Assembly: GCA_035548975.1 (NCBI GenBank)
Contig: DASZRY010000001.1
Location: 1,439 to 65,438, forward strand
Length of the DNA stretch: 64,000 nucleotides
DNA from: Rhizomicrobium sp.
Lineage (GTDB): Bacteria; Pseudomonadota; Alphaproteobacteria; Micropepsales; Micropepsaceae
Direction: 5' to 3'
The notes under the pieces are model-generated. The model searched no databases, had not been told where the DNA came from, and saw only the letters and a list, made by a program, of their open reading frames with translations. Below, one piece after another: positions 7,655 to 16,006 of this stretch. Made by a program: the position numbers and the translations under genes. Each line of letters begins with the position of its first letter. The first letter of the stretch is position 1.

Positions 7655-9400
7655 GTGAGCACCCCGATTGTCCTCCTGGATGGGCCTGAGAGCGGCCGAC
7701 TCCTGCGGTTTGCCGCGCCCTTGGCCATTGTCAGGGCCGACGATCCGGCTGATGTCGGGCCGGCTTTGGCCGTGTTGGAGGAGGTGCGCGCTCAGGGCCG
7801 GTTTGTGGCGGGCTACTTCGCCTACGAGCTGGGCTATCTGCTGGAACCCCGGTTGGCGCCGATGCTTCCCGAGGACCGGCACGGGCCGATGTTGTGGTTT
7901 GGGGTATTCGACGGAGTTGAGGCGGTCGACGCACCTCGGGCCGAAGGCAGGGCTTATGCGGGACCATTGCGGCATGAGTGGCCGAGCGAGGCTTATCGGG
8001 CCCGTTTCGACCGCACGCATCGCTACATCGCCGACGGAGACATATACCAGGCCAATCTCTCCTTTCGGTCGCGCTTCCGGTTCGCTGGCGATCCCATGGC
8101 GCTGTGGCTGGCTCTGCGGGCGCAATCGTCGGTGGCACACGGCGCGTTCGTTGCCGATGGCGAACGCCATATCCTCAGCCTCTCGCCAGAGCTCTTCTTC
8201 CGTATCTCTCAGTCGGGAGCGCTGACGGCAAAGCCCATGAAGGGTACAGCGCCGCGCGCGTCTGAGCACTCCGCTGATGCCGCCGCGCGTGCGCACCTGT
8301 CCATGAGCGCCAAGGACCGGGCGGAGAACCTGATGATCGTAGACCTCCTGCGCAACGATCTCGGTCGCATCGCACGGACGGGAAGCGTCGCGGTGGAGGA
8401 CCTGTTTGCGGTCGAGACTTATCCCACGCTCCACACGATGGTCTCGACGGTCACTGCCCAACTCAAGCCGCGCACGACCATATCCGAGATCGTACACGCT
8501 CTCTTTCCCTGCGGCAGCATCACGGGCGCGCCAAAGATACGTGCAATGGAGATCATCCGCGAGTTGGAGGCCAGTCCGCGCGGCGTCTATTGCGGCGCCA
8601 TCGGGTATTTCGCTCCCGATGGCAGCGCCAGCTTCAACGTCGCCATACGCACGCTTACCTTGCAGGGGAACGAGGGCGAACTCGGCATTGGCGGCGGAAT
8701 CGTCTGGGATTCCCACGCCGGCGCGGAATACGACGAGTGCCTGCTGAAGGCGAGATACTACGAGGCGGCGCGAAAGCCGCTCGGACTGATAGAGACATTG
8801 CGCTTCGATCCGGGCAAAGGGTTCACGCGGCTCCATCTGCATCTGGAACGCATGGAGGCGAGCGCAGAAGCCTTCGGCATTGCGTTCGATCGTTCGGCGG
8901 CGTTGCATGCGCTGGAGAATGCCGTTGCCGGCGCCGGCGATGCGCGCCGCGTTCGGCTGACGCTGGACGAGCAGGGGCTATTTGCCTGTACGACGGCAGC
9001 ATTGGACGAATGCATGCAGCACTGGACATATGCAGTTTCGCCGTTGCGCGCGAACAGCCAAGATCTGCTTCTTCGGCACAAGACGACATGGCGTGAGATG
9101 TACGATGCCGAACACTCAAGGCTTGCGCGCGAGACAGGCTGCGATGAGGTGTTGTTCCTCAACGAGCGAGGAGAGGTCACGGAAGGAAGCCGGACGAATG
9201 TGTTCGTGCGGATCGGCGGAATGCTGTTCACGCCATTTCAGTCTTGCGGGTTGCTGAACGGTTGCTTGCGGCAAGAAATGCTATCAAGCGGGAAGTGCGA
9301 GGAACGATCGCTCACGCTCGCCGAACTCGAAAAGAATGAAGTCTGGCTCGGCAATTCATTGCGCGGCCTCATTCGGGCTCAGCCGGTTTCTTCGGTCTGA
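7655..9400 (+). CDS. pabB: Aminodeoxychorismate synthase component I fused to a class IV aminotransferase (ADC lyase) domain
   Basis: GDIYQANLS, SPELFF, PMKGT, KDRAENLMIVDLLRNDL, FPCGSITGAPK; C-terminal HKTT...NERGEVTEGSRTN...GLLNG; GTG start 7655 (longer ORF overlaps hsp20). Confidence 0.9.
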   Translation: MSTPIVLLDGPESGRLLRFAAPLAIVRADDPADVGPALAVLEEVRAQGRFVAGYFAYELGYLLEPRLAPMLPEDRHGPMLWFGVFDGVEAVDAPRAEGRAYAGPLRHEWPSEAYRARFDRTHRYIADGDIYQANLSFRSRFRFAGDPMALWLALRAQSSVAHGAFVADGERHILSLSPELFFRISQSGALTAKPMKGTAPRASEHSADAAARAHLSMSAKDRAENLMIVDLLRNDLGRIARTGSVAVEDLFAVETYPTLHTMVSTVTAQLKPRTTISEIVHALFPCGSITGAPKIRAMEIIRELEASPRGVYCGAIGYFAPDGSASFNVAIRTLTLQGNEGELGIGGGIVWDSHAGAEYDECLLKARYYEAARKPLGLIETLRFDPGKGFTRLHLHLERMEASAEAFGIAFDRSAALHALENAVAGAGDARRVRLTLDEQGLFACTTAALDECMQHWTYAVSPLRANSQDLLLRHKTTWREMYDAEHSRLARETGCDEVLFLNERGEVTEGSRTNVFVRIGGMLFTPFQSCGLLNGCLRQEMLSSGKCEERSLTLAELEKNEVWLGNSLRGLIRAQPVSSV

Positions 9401-9750
9401 TCCGCAACGATCGCGCAAGCGAGCGCGAGCGATTCCGGCAAGACCCATCCGCCCGCTTCCAGCATTTTTCCCTGCTTCAGGTCGGCCTTCGCCAATTCGG
9501 CCAGCGTGCCGTTGCGGGTACGCAGACTATTGGCGGCTTTCGCGGACTCGAATTTGCCAAGGCTTGCAATCACAGTGCGGCCGACCTTTGCGGCCTGGTC
9601 CTGATCCGGGATTTGGCCGGTGATGTCGTCGTAGGGAGAGTGGATGCGTTTCCTGAGCAGGCGCGGGGCTTCGACCGCAATTCCTGCAGCCATGCCGACA
9701 CCGGCGATGGCCAGCGCGCTCAACACGATGGGTCTGCGCGTCACGCTCAT
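9379..9750 (-). CDS. Small Tat-signal-like protein, probable partner subunit of the adjacent GMC oxidoreductase
   Basis: MSVTRRPIVLSALAIAGVG twin-Arg-like leader; C-terminal GGWVLPESLALAC; ATGA overlap with GMC stop. Confidence 0.65.
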   Translation of the reverse strand: MSVTRRPIVLSALAIAGVGMAAGIAVEAPRLLRKRIHSPYDDITGQIPDQDQAAKVGRTVIASLGKFESAKAANSLRTRNGTLAELAKADLKQGKMLEAGGWVLPESLALACAIVADQTEETG

Positions 9751-11240
9751 TTGAACAGGCCTTTCAAATGGTCTGCAAGCCGCAATGTCAACGCCACCAA
9801 ATTCATTGTCGGATTCGATGCCCCGTAAGTCGGAAACAGGCCGCTGCCAGACACGAACAGATTGCCTATTCCATGCACGAGACCGTTTGCGTCTGTTACG
9901 CCGCGCTTCGGGTCTGCGTGCATGCGCGTGGTGCCCATGTGGTGATTGCCCCAGTCCAGCCCCTGCAGCCATTCCTCGCGTGTCGAATGATGAATCTGCA
10001 GCAGACCCGCGCCGGAGGCGAGAAGTTGGCGTCCCCATTCCTTCAACGTCGCGCGATAGCGCGCGAAATCGTCATCCGAGATCGTGTTGTTGAGACTGAC
10101 GCGCGGCATGCCAAGCGCATCGCGCGCCGCATCGAGCGTGACGCGGCGGCCGGGATCGGGCGCTGGCTCGAAGCCGCAGCCGATTGTGTAAGCATGTGCC
10201 CGGCTCGCGTCATATCCCATGGCCTCAGCCGCGGTTTGAACGGCCGCTTCGCCCAACGAGTCGAGTTTTGCGCCGCCATCCACGGTGATGAGCGAGCCAA
10301 GAACGTGGCGCAATCGGCGGAATTTTTCGGTCGGCGCAAAGGCAGCCCGCACATGTGCACCGCCCGCATGCTGTGTGCCGAGATAGAAAGGCGACAGCCT
10401 GCCGGCGAAAGTCACAAGCGTGGCGTTGTTGCCCGGTATCGGATGATCGGAGAAATAGCGGCCGACCAGATCGTTCGCATTGCCGACGCCGGATTTCATC
10501 ACATCGTTCGAGGCGAGCATCAGTCGCGCATTCTCGATGGCACCCGCGCCGAGCACGACATATTTCGGAACGACAGTAAATCTCACGCCGGAAAGCGTCG
10601 CAGCTTCGACATGTTTCAATAGCTTGCCGTCTGACGTCAGACGCAAGGCCGTGGCGTTGGCATGCGTATAGAGTTTCAGGTTCGGTATTTTTTTGAGGTC
10701 GTTCGCGTAACGCTCGCCAAAATGTGTCGGCAAAACGCTGCCGCGCATCTTGCTGAACTGAAACCAGACCGTTTCCAACCCGCCGTCCCCCATTGCAAGG
10801 GTGGTGACGGAGAACCTTTTCGGCGCATCGTCGTAGATGAAGGGCCCAGCTTCCACCAATTCCTGCGCTTGGGGGTAATAGGGTTCGAGAACCTCGCGCC
10901 CGAACGGCCAGCCGGAATGGGCGAGCCAATCGCGCTGTTCGAAGTCGATCTTTTCCAGCGGGCGGCACCAGCCACCCCAGTGGTTGGTGCTGCCGCCCAG
11001 GAAGCGCATGCGCGAACCGTTGAGCGGCAGATAGGGCGTGCCTGTTTCGGGGCCATCGTAGAGATTTTGTGTCGGCCCATCGAACTCCATGCCCCCGCTT
11101 TCGAGAAGCGTGACCGCGATCGGTGAGTCCTTCAGCGCAAGCGCAAGTGTGATCCCGGCGGGGCCGCCGCCGATGATGAGGAGATCGGTTTCCAGTGTGG
11201 TGCCGGAGGGGAGGGCACGGGCGTCGATAAAACTGTTCAA
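9747..11240 (-). CDS. GMC family FAD oxidoreductase
   Basis: GGGPAG Rossmann fold, RFLGGSTNHWGG, GAIENARLML, NHHMGTTRM, SNPTMNLVAL; TTG start. Confidence 0.9.
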   Translation of the reverse strand: MNSFIDARALPSGTTLETDLLIIGGGPAGITLALALKDSPIAVTLLESGGMEFDGPTQNLYDGPETGTPYLPLNGSRMRFLGGSTNHWGGWCRPLEKIDFEQRDWLAHSGWPFGREVLEPYYPQAQELVEAGPFIYDDAPKRFSVTTLAMGDGGLETVWFQFSKMRGSVLPTHFGERYANDLKKIPNLKLYTHANATALRLTSDGKLLKHVEAATLSGVRFTVVPKYVVLGAGAIENARLMLASNDVMKSGVGNANDLVGRYFSDHPIPGNNATLVTFAGRLSPFYLGTQHAGGAHVRAAFAPTEKFRRLRHVLGSLITVDGGAKLDSLGEAAVQTAAEAMGYDASRAHAYTIGCGFEPAPDPGRRVTLDAARDALGMPRVSLNNTISDDDFARYRATLKEWGRQLLASGAGLLQIHHSTREEWLQGLDWGNHHMGTTRMHADPKRGVTDANGLVHGIGNLFVSGSGLFPTYGASNPTMNLVALTLRLADHLKGLFK

Positions 11241-11384
11241 AGCGGGAGGTCCGTCAGCATGAGTTTTGATTTATCACATGATTCCATGCGGTTAGTCGTT
11301 TTTCAGAATCCGGATACCCCCCTCCCCCCGGTAGAGGTTCGGACCTCGCTTTTCGGGGAGGAGCCAGGGGCCGGCGTTGAACAC

Positions 11385-11452
11385 CGCCCCCACCCGAAAA
11401 ATCTTCGCGACGCTCAGATTTGTTCGATCTGCCCACAAGGGGGAGGTGGGCG
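11385..11452. repeat. REP-like palindromic intergenic element
   Basis: Nested inverted repeats cgcccccacc...cgaaaaatct/agatttgttcg...aagggggaggtgggcg; resembles alphaproteobacterial extragenic palindromes; one copy in window. Confidence 0.5.
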
Positions 11453-11522
11453 GGGGGAACTGGGAGGCCACAGAGCTTTTCCATCCGCCTATCCTAACCC
11501 AGCTTTCGAGGCGTTCGATTGC

Positions 11523-12548
11523 TCAGTGCGGCTGCGGGCGGTTGCGGATATCGAGGGCTGCAAAGCGGTCGCGGTACTCGGCAGGCGTCATGCCGGTCGT
11601 GCGCTTGAACAGGGAACGGAAGAAGGCGTTGTCGTCGTAACCCACTCTCATGCTCACTGTCTGGATGGGGGCGTTGCCGTGCTCCAGCAGCGTCTTGGCG
11701 GCTTCCATTCGCACTGCCTGGAGATATGCGCCGGGCATACGGCCGGTGGCGGATTTGAAGCGGCGGACGAATGTGCGCGGGCTCATGCCTGCCCGTTCGG
11801 CCAGGTCTTCCGTCGAATGAGTGTCGCTGTAGTTTTTTTGCAGGAAGGCTTCGATTTCGCGCACGCGATCGTCTTCGTGAGGGGGCGAGAGAGGCAGCAG
11901 CGCATAGCCATTCTGATGTTTGCGCGGCATATTCAGGAGAAGAGCTTTCGCCGTCTGCACAGCCACGTCGTGCCCGCAAAGTTTTTCCACCAGATACAAG
12001 CTGACATCTGCAGAGGCCATTACGCCGCCGCTGCACAACACGCGATTGTCTTCGGTGACAACGTGGTCGGATCGCCAGTCCACTTTGGGATAGCGCCGCG
12101 CAAAATCCCCCGCCACGGCCCAATGCGTGGTTGCCTTGCGCCCGTCCAGCAATCCCGCATCCGCCAGATAGAGCGATCCCATGCAAGCACCTGCGACATA
12201 TGCTCCACGTTCGTGATGTTTGCGCAGCCAGGGCGCGAGCAGGTGATTGTCGATCAACTTCTGTTCGATGGTGAGGCCGGAAGTCGGCACCACGATAATG
12301 TCAGTGCTCTCTATCTCAGCTATTCCGCATTCCGGCGTCATCTTGAGTCCGGCATAGGGACTGCGCACCGGTTTGCCGGTGATGGACGCCGCCGTGACTT
12401 TGAAGCGCGGCTCCGGGTTCTCACCGACGAGCGCGGCCCACAGCGTGCCGGCGGAATGAAAAACTTCAATCGGCATGATGGCGGTCGAGGCGTAACCGTC
12501 GTCCAGGAGGACGACGGTTACATCGTATTTGCGAGCCTCGTCCGCCAT
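11523..12548 (-). CDS. GlxA family transcriptional regulator (DJ-1/PfpI + AraC HTH)
   Basis: GACMGSLYLADAGLLDGRKATTHW, GMSPRTFVRRFK, VGYDDNAFFRSLFKRTTGMTPAEYR. Confidence 0.92.
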   Translation of the reverse strand: MADEARKYDVTVVLLDDGYASTAIMPIEVFHSAGTLWAALVGENPEPRFKVTAASITGKPVRSPYAGLKMTPECGIAEIESTDIIVVPTSGLTIEQKLIDNHLLAPWLRKHHERGAYVAGACMGSLYLADAGLLDGRKATTHWAVAGDFARRYPKVDWRSDHVVTEDNRVLCSGGVMASADVSLYLVEKLCGHDVAVQTAKALLLNMPRKHQNGYALLPLSPPHEDDRVREIEAFLQKNYSDTHSTEDLAERAGMSPRTFVRRFKSATGRMPGAYLQAVRMEAAKTLLEHGNAPIQTVSMRVGYDDNAFFRSLFKRTTGMTPAEYRDRFAALDIRNRPQPH

Positions 12549-12556
12549 GCGCCGGA

Positions 12557-12850
12557 TCAGGCGTTGGCCGTGGTGGGATCGATGATCCCGCCGATCTCGG
12601 TGATCTTGTTCGCCGGGAAGCCAGAGATTTTCGCGTGTTCGCGGATCACGTCTTCGTTCTCCGCGAGGTAGATGCAAAAAGTCTTGTCCTTCGCGACAAA
12701 GGATTGCTGCCACTGCACCGCCGGGCCGAGCTTGCACAGAGCGGCGTTCGAGGTATCGGCCGCGCCGCGGAGCTGGTCTTTGGTCATCGCGCCGACGCCG
12801 GGGATGTCGCGTTCAATCATGTAGCGTTTGAGCATGTGCGTCTCCATCAA
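12557..12850 (-). CDS. DUF4242 (SCO4226-like) domain protein
   Basis: RYMIERDIPG...KTFCIYLAENEDVIREHAKISGFPANKITEI. Confidence 0.85.
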   Translation of the reverse strand: MMETHMLKRYMIERDIPGVGAMTKDQLRGAADTSNAALCKLGPAVQWQQSFVAKDKTFCIYLAENEDVIREHAKISGFPANKITEIGGIIDPTTANA

Positions 12851-12898
12851 GTGAAGAGACTAGGCCACAGGCAGCATAGCCTGCATAAGAGGGTGATA

Positions 12899-12926
12899 CT
12901 GCCATAATGAGGGGACGGTTCTGCCA
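12899..12926 (-). promoter_or_regulatory. Candidate AraC/GlxA-type operator (direct repeat)
   Basis: TGGCAG repeated 22 bp apart upstream of the DUF4242-glxA pair. Confidence 0.35.
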
Positions 12927-12932
12927 GAGCAA

Positions 12933-13082
12933 TCACAGGCGTTTCCGGGAGAAGGGTCGGCCGGCGTGACTTTTCAGGTATTTCTCGACCGCAACGGTCC
13001 GCTGTTCGCCGGAGAAAGCGGTATAGACGTTCAATTTCAGGGGTTTGAGCTTGGAGGTGTGATAGACGCGGCCTGAGCTATG
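12933..13082 (-). pseudogene. C-terminal remnant of a small GIY-YIG nuclease (UPF0213-like)
   Basis: HSSGRVYHTSKLKPLKLNVYTAFSGEQRTVAVEKYLKSHAGRPFSRKRL resembles the family C-terminal half (HN.G...HT.K.RPW.L..Y.AF..E..A..FEKYLKS.SGRAF..KR); GIY/YIG N-terminus absent. Confidence 0.6.
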
Positions 13083-13138
13083 GACTTCGCCCGGACGGGC
13101 TACGCCGCGGCAGCCTCCACAACTAGCGCTGCGAAGCC

Positions 13139-13214
13139 TGGTGGAGCCAAGCGGGATCGAACCGCTGACCTCCTGCATGCCATGCAGGCGCTCTCCCAGC
13201 TGAGCTATGGCCCC
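13139..13214 (-). tRNA. tRNA-Ala (GGC)
   Basis: GGGGCCATAGCTCAGCTGGGAGAGCGCCTGCATGGCATGCAGGAGGTCAGCGGTTCGATCCCGCTTGGCTCCACCA, 76 nt with CCA. Confidence 0.97.
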
Positions 13215-13234
13215 GAACCCTGGGTGGACGACGC

Positions 13235-13723
13235 TTAACGGTCGTCCTTTTCTATGTCCGCGTCGATGATGTCGCTGACGTCGTCCTCGTCTTCGTCTTC
13301 TTCCAGAAGACCGGCCGCATCGTCGTCCTCGTCATCTTCGACTTCGATATCTTCGATCTCGGGATCGGCGTCGGCGTCGACAACCGTCATTCCCGCATCC
13401 TCTTCCTCAACCGCTTCGGCTTCTTCTTCGTCATCGTCGCCCGGAACGATCAAGGGCGCCTCATCGACCACTGCTTCTTCCTCAGCCTCTTCTTCGGCCT
13501 CGGTCTCTTCGGCCTCTGCTTCCTCGGCCTCTTCTTCTTCTTCCTCGGCGACCGGTTGCGGCGAAACGGCTTCGGCTACCCGCGGGCGCCGCTGCTTGTA
13601 CAGTGCCTCAGGCTCGAACGTGAATTCGCACTTCGGGCACTCGATGGGCCGCTTCTGAAGATCGTAGAAACGCGCCGTGCAATTGGGGCACACGCGCTTC
13701 GTTCCCAAATCCGCCTTGACCAA
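13235..13723 (-). CDS. TIGR02300 (FYDLN_acid) family protein
   Basis: LGTKRVCPNCTARFYDL...IECPKC zinc ribbon plus highly acidic tail; TTG start. Confidence 0.9.
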   Translation of the reverse strand: MVKADLGTKRVCPNCTARFYDLQKRPIECPKCEFTFEPEALYKQRRPRVAEAVSPQPVAEEEEEEAEEAEAEETEAEEEAEEEAVVDEAPLIVPGDDDEEEAEAVEEEDAGMTVVDADADPEIEDIEVEDDEDDDAAGLLEEDEDEDDVSDIIDADIEKDDR

Positions 13724-13802
13724 GGTCACTCTTCCCGCATGAAGTCGGTTTCGTAAGGCCGGGTCGTTTGCCACTTCCGGCCCCGCCTGTCAAAGGAGCT
13801 TT

Positions 13803-15128
13803 ATGAGCACGTCTCAACCCCCGCGCCCTCTCGCGGCAAGAGGTTCCCGCGTCCTGCGTGGAGAGGCCCCTGTGGCTGGCGACAAGTCCATTTCCCACCG
13901 GGCCCTGATCCTTGGGGCGCTGACAGTCGGGGAAACCCGCGTTACGGGGCTTCTGGAGGCAGAAGATGTGCTGAACACCGCCCAGGCCATGCGGGCATTC
14001 GGGGCGATCGTGACCCGCGACGGCCCCGGAAACTGGCGGGTCAATGGGGTGGGCGTTGGCGGTTTCGGTACGCCGGAGGCGACGCTCGATTTCGGCAATT
14101 CGGGAACCGGCTCACGGCTGGTTATGGGGGCGATGGCCACCACGCCGATCAAGGCTGCCTTCACCGGCGACGCAAGCCTGCGCAAGCGCCCGATGAAGCG
14201 GGTGCTCGACCCGCTGACGAAATTCGGCGCGACCTATGACAATGGAACGATGCCTTTGACGGTGACAGGCGCAAGCCCGGCACTTTGCATCGACTATGAA
14301 GTCACGGTGGCGTCCGCGCAGGTGAAATCGGCATTGCTCCTGGCGGCATTGAATGCGGCGGGGCGCACACGCATCGTGCAACGCGCACTCACCCGCGATC
14401 ATACCGAAAAGATGCTCAGGGCATTCGGTGCGGATATTCGCGTGAATGCGCTGGAGGATGGCGGCGAGGAAATTCTTTTGACGGGCGAGGCGGAGCTGAA
14501 GCCTTGTGCGGTAGAAGTGCCGCGCGATCCGTCTTCGGCCGCGTTTCCGATGGTGGCGGCGTTGATCGTACCAGGCTCCGAAATCACCATTCCCTCGGTG
14601 CTCCTGAACGCGCGACGCATCGGGCTGATCGTCACGCTGAAGGAAATGGGCGCCGATATTCAGGTCAAGAATGTGCGAGAAAGCGGTGGTGAGCAGATCG
14701 GCGATCTGTTTGTGCGCCATTCCCGATTGAAGGGTGTCGATGTTCCGGCGGCGCGCGCGCCGTCGATGATCGATGAATATCCGGTGCTGGCAATCGCGGC
14801 CTCGTTCGCGAGCGGCACGACAAGAATGAGCGGGCTGGACGAATTGCGCGTGAAAGAAAGCGACCGATTATCGGCCATTGTGGCGGGATTGAGAGCCAAT
14901 GGCGTGACAGTCGAGGAATTGCCCGACGGAATGATCGTGACGGGGCAGGGCGGCGTGAAGGGCGGCGGCACAGTGGTCACGCATATGGATCACCGCATTG
15001 CGATGTCGTTTCTGGTGATGGGGATGGCATCCGACGCGCCCGTCGCCGTGGACGATGTGACGATGATCGCCACGAGCTTTCCGGAATTCGAGCCGCTGAT
15101 GCGCGGGCTCGGTGCCCAGTTTTTGTAG
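13803..15128 (+). CDS. aroA: 3-phosphoshikimate 1-carboxyvinyltransferase
   Basis: [40 protein letters not shown]. Confidence 0.97.
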   Translation: MSTSQPPRPLAARGSRVLRGEAPVAGDKSISHRALILGALTVGETRVTGLLEAEDVLNTAQAMRAFGAIVTRDGPGNWRVNGVGVGGFGTPEATLDFGNSGTGSRLVMGAMATTPIKAAFTGDASLRKRPMKRVLDPLTKFGATYDNGTMPLTVTGASPALCIDYEVTVASAQVKSALLLAALNAAGRTRIVQRALTRDHTEKMLRAFGADIRVNALEDGGEEILLTGEAELKPCAVEVPRDPSSAAFPMVAALIVPGSEITIPSVLLNARRIGLIVTLKEMGADIQVKNVRESGGEQIGDLFVRHSRLKGVDVPAARAPSMIDEYPVLAIAASFASGTTRMSGLDELRVKESDRLSAIVAGLRANGVTVEELPDGMIVTGQGGVKGGGTVVTHMDHRIAMSFLVMGMASDAPVAVDDVTMIATSFPEFEPLMRGLGAQFL

Positions 15129-15191
15129 CCGCCATTGAGTGGTGAGCAGTGGCGCGCTAGGACAGCCGCAGAAGCGCCGCGCGACGTTCGC

Positions 15192-15854
15192 ATGCCCAAA
15201 CCTGTCGTCATTGCCGTCGATGGTACTGCCGCCTCGGGCAAGGGAACGCTCGCCAAGAAACTTGCGCGGCATTTCAATTTTCCGCACCTGGATTCGGGTG
15301 CGCTCTACCGGCTGACGGCGCTGGCGGTGCTGGAGAAGAAGGGCGATCCGGCCAACGAGGCCGACGCGTTGAAAGGCGCGCGGTCGATCGATCTTTCGCG
15401 TGCGGGCGATCCCGCCATCCGCCGCGACGATGTAGGGGCGGCTGCGTCCAAAGTTGCAGCGATCGGCGTGGTGCGGCAGGCACTGTTCGATTTTCAGCGC
15501 GATTTCCTGATGAGCCCGCCCGGCCATGCCGAAGGCGCGGTAATGGATGGGCGCGATATCGGCACCGTAATCGCGCCGGATGCGGCAGCGAAGCTTTTCG
15601 TGGATGCCGCGCCTGCGGTCCGGGCACATCGCCGCTGGCTGGAACTCAAGGGGCTCGGTATCGAGCGGGCGGAAGCCGAGGTATTGGCCGAAATAAATGC
15701 CCGGGACGCGGCCGACCGGAGCCGTCCGATCTCGCCTCTGAAGCAGGCCCCGGACGCTGCCTTGCTCGACACCACCAATTTGGATATAGACGCGGCCTTC
15801 GCGGCCGCCCTGTCTTTGGTCGAAACCAAGGTCAGGTCCGCTCTCAAGCGCTAA
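15192..15854 (+). CDS. cmk: Cytidylate kinase
   Basis: IAVDGTAASGKGT, LDSGALYR, DGRDIGTV. Confidence 0.96.
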   Translation: MPKPVVIAVDGTAASGKGTLAKKLARHFNFPHLDSGALYRLTALAVLEKKGDPANEADALKGARSIDLSRAGDPAIRRDDVGAAASKVAAIGVVRQALFDFQRDFLMSPPGHAEGAVMDGRDIGTVIAPDAAAKLFVDAAPAVRAHRRWLELKGLGIERAEAEVLAEINARDAADRSRPISPLKQAPDAALLDTTNLDIDAAFAAALSLVETKVRSALKR

Positions 15855-16006
15855 GCCACAGGGGTTGAAGGAGACCCGGCTTCGCTTCCTGGGCTGGTGC
15901 GCGAGAAATTTCCAAATCCGGAACCACCGCCTTGCGGACGCATGTCCGCCGGGAAGTCCGCCGCGAACGCGGCTGGCATGAATGTTCGAACCAACCAAGG
16001 AACCCA

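Noticed and set aside
7607-8908. 433-aa antisense ORF over pabB, and similar long shadow ORFs (e.g. 22039-23568, 27334-28551, 33067-34224, 45697-46809)
   Set aside because: They lie opposite well-supported genes, have no recognisable motifs, and are expected in GC-rich DNA
13254-13658. Poly-Ser ORF that looks like a repeat protein
   Set aside because: It is the antisense reading of the Glu/Asp-rich tail of the TIGR02300 protein
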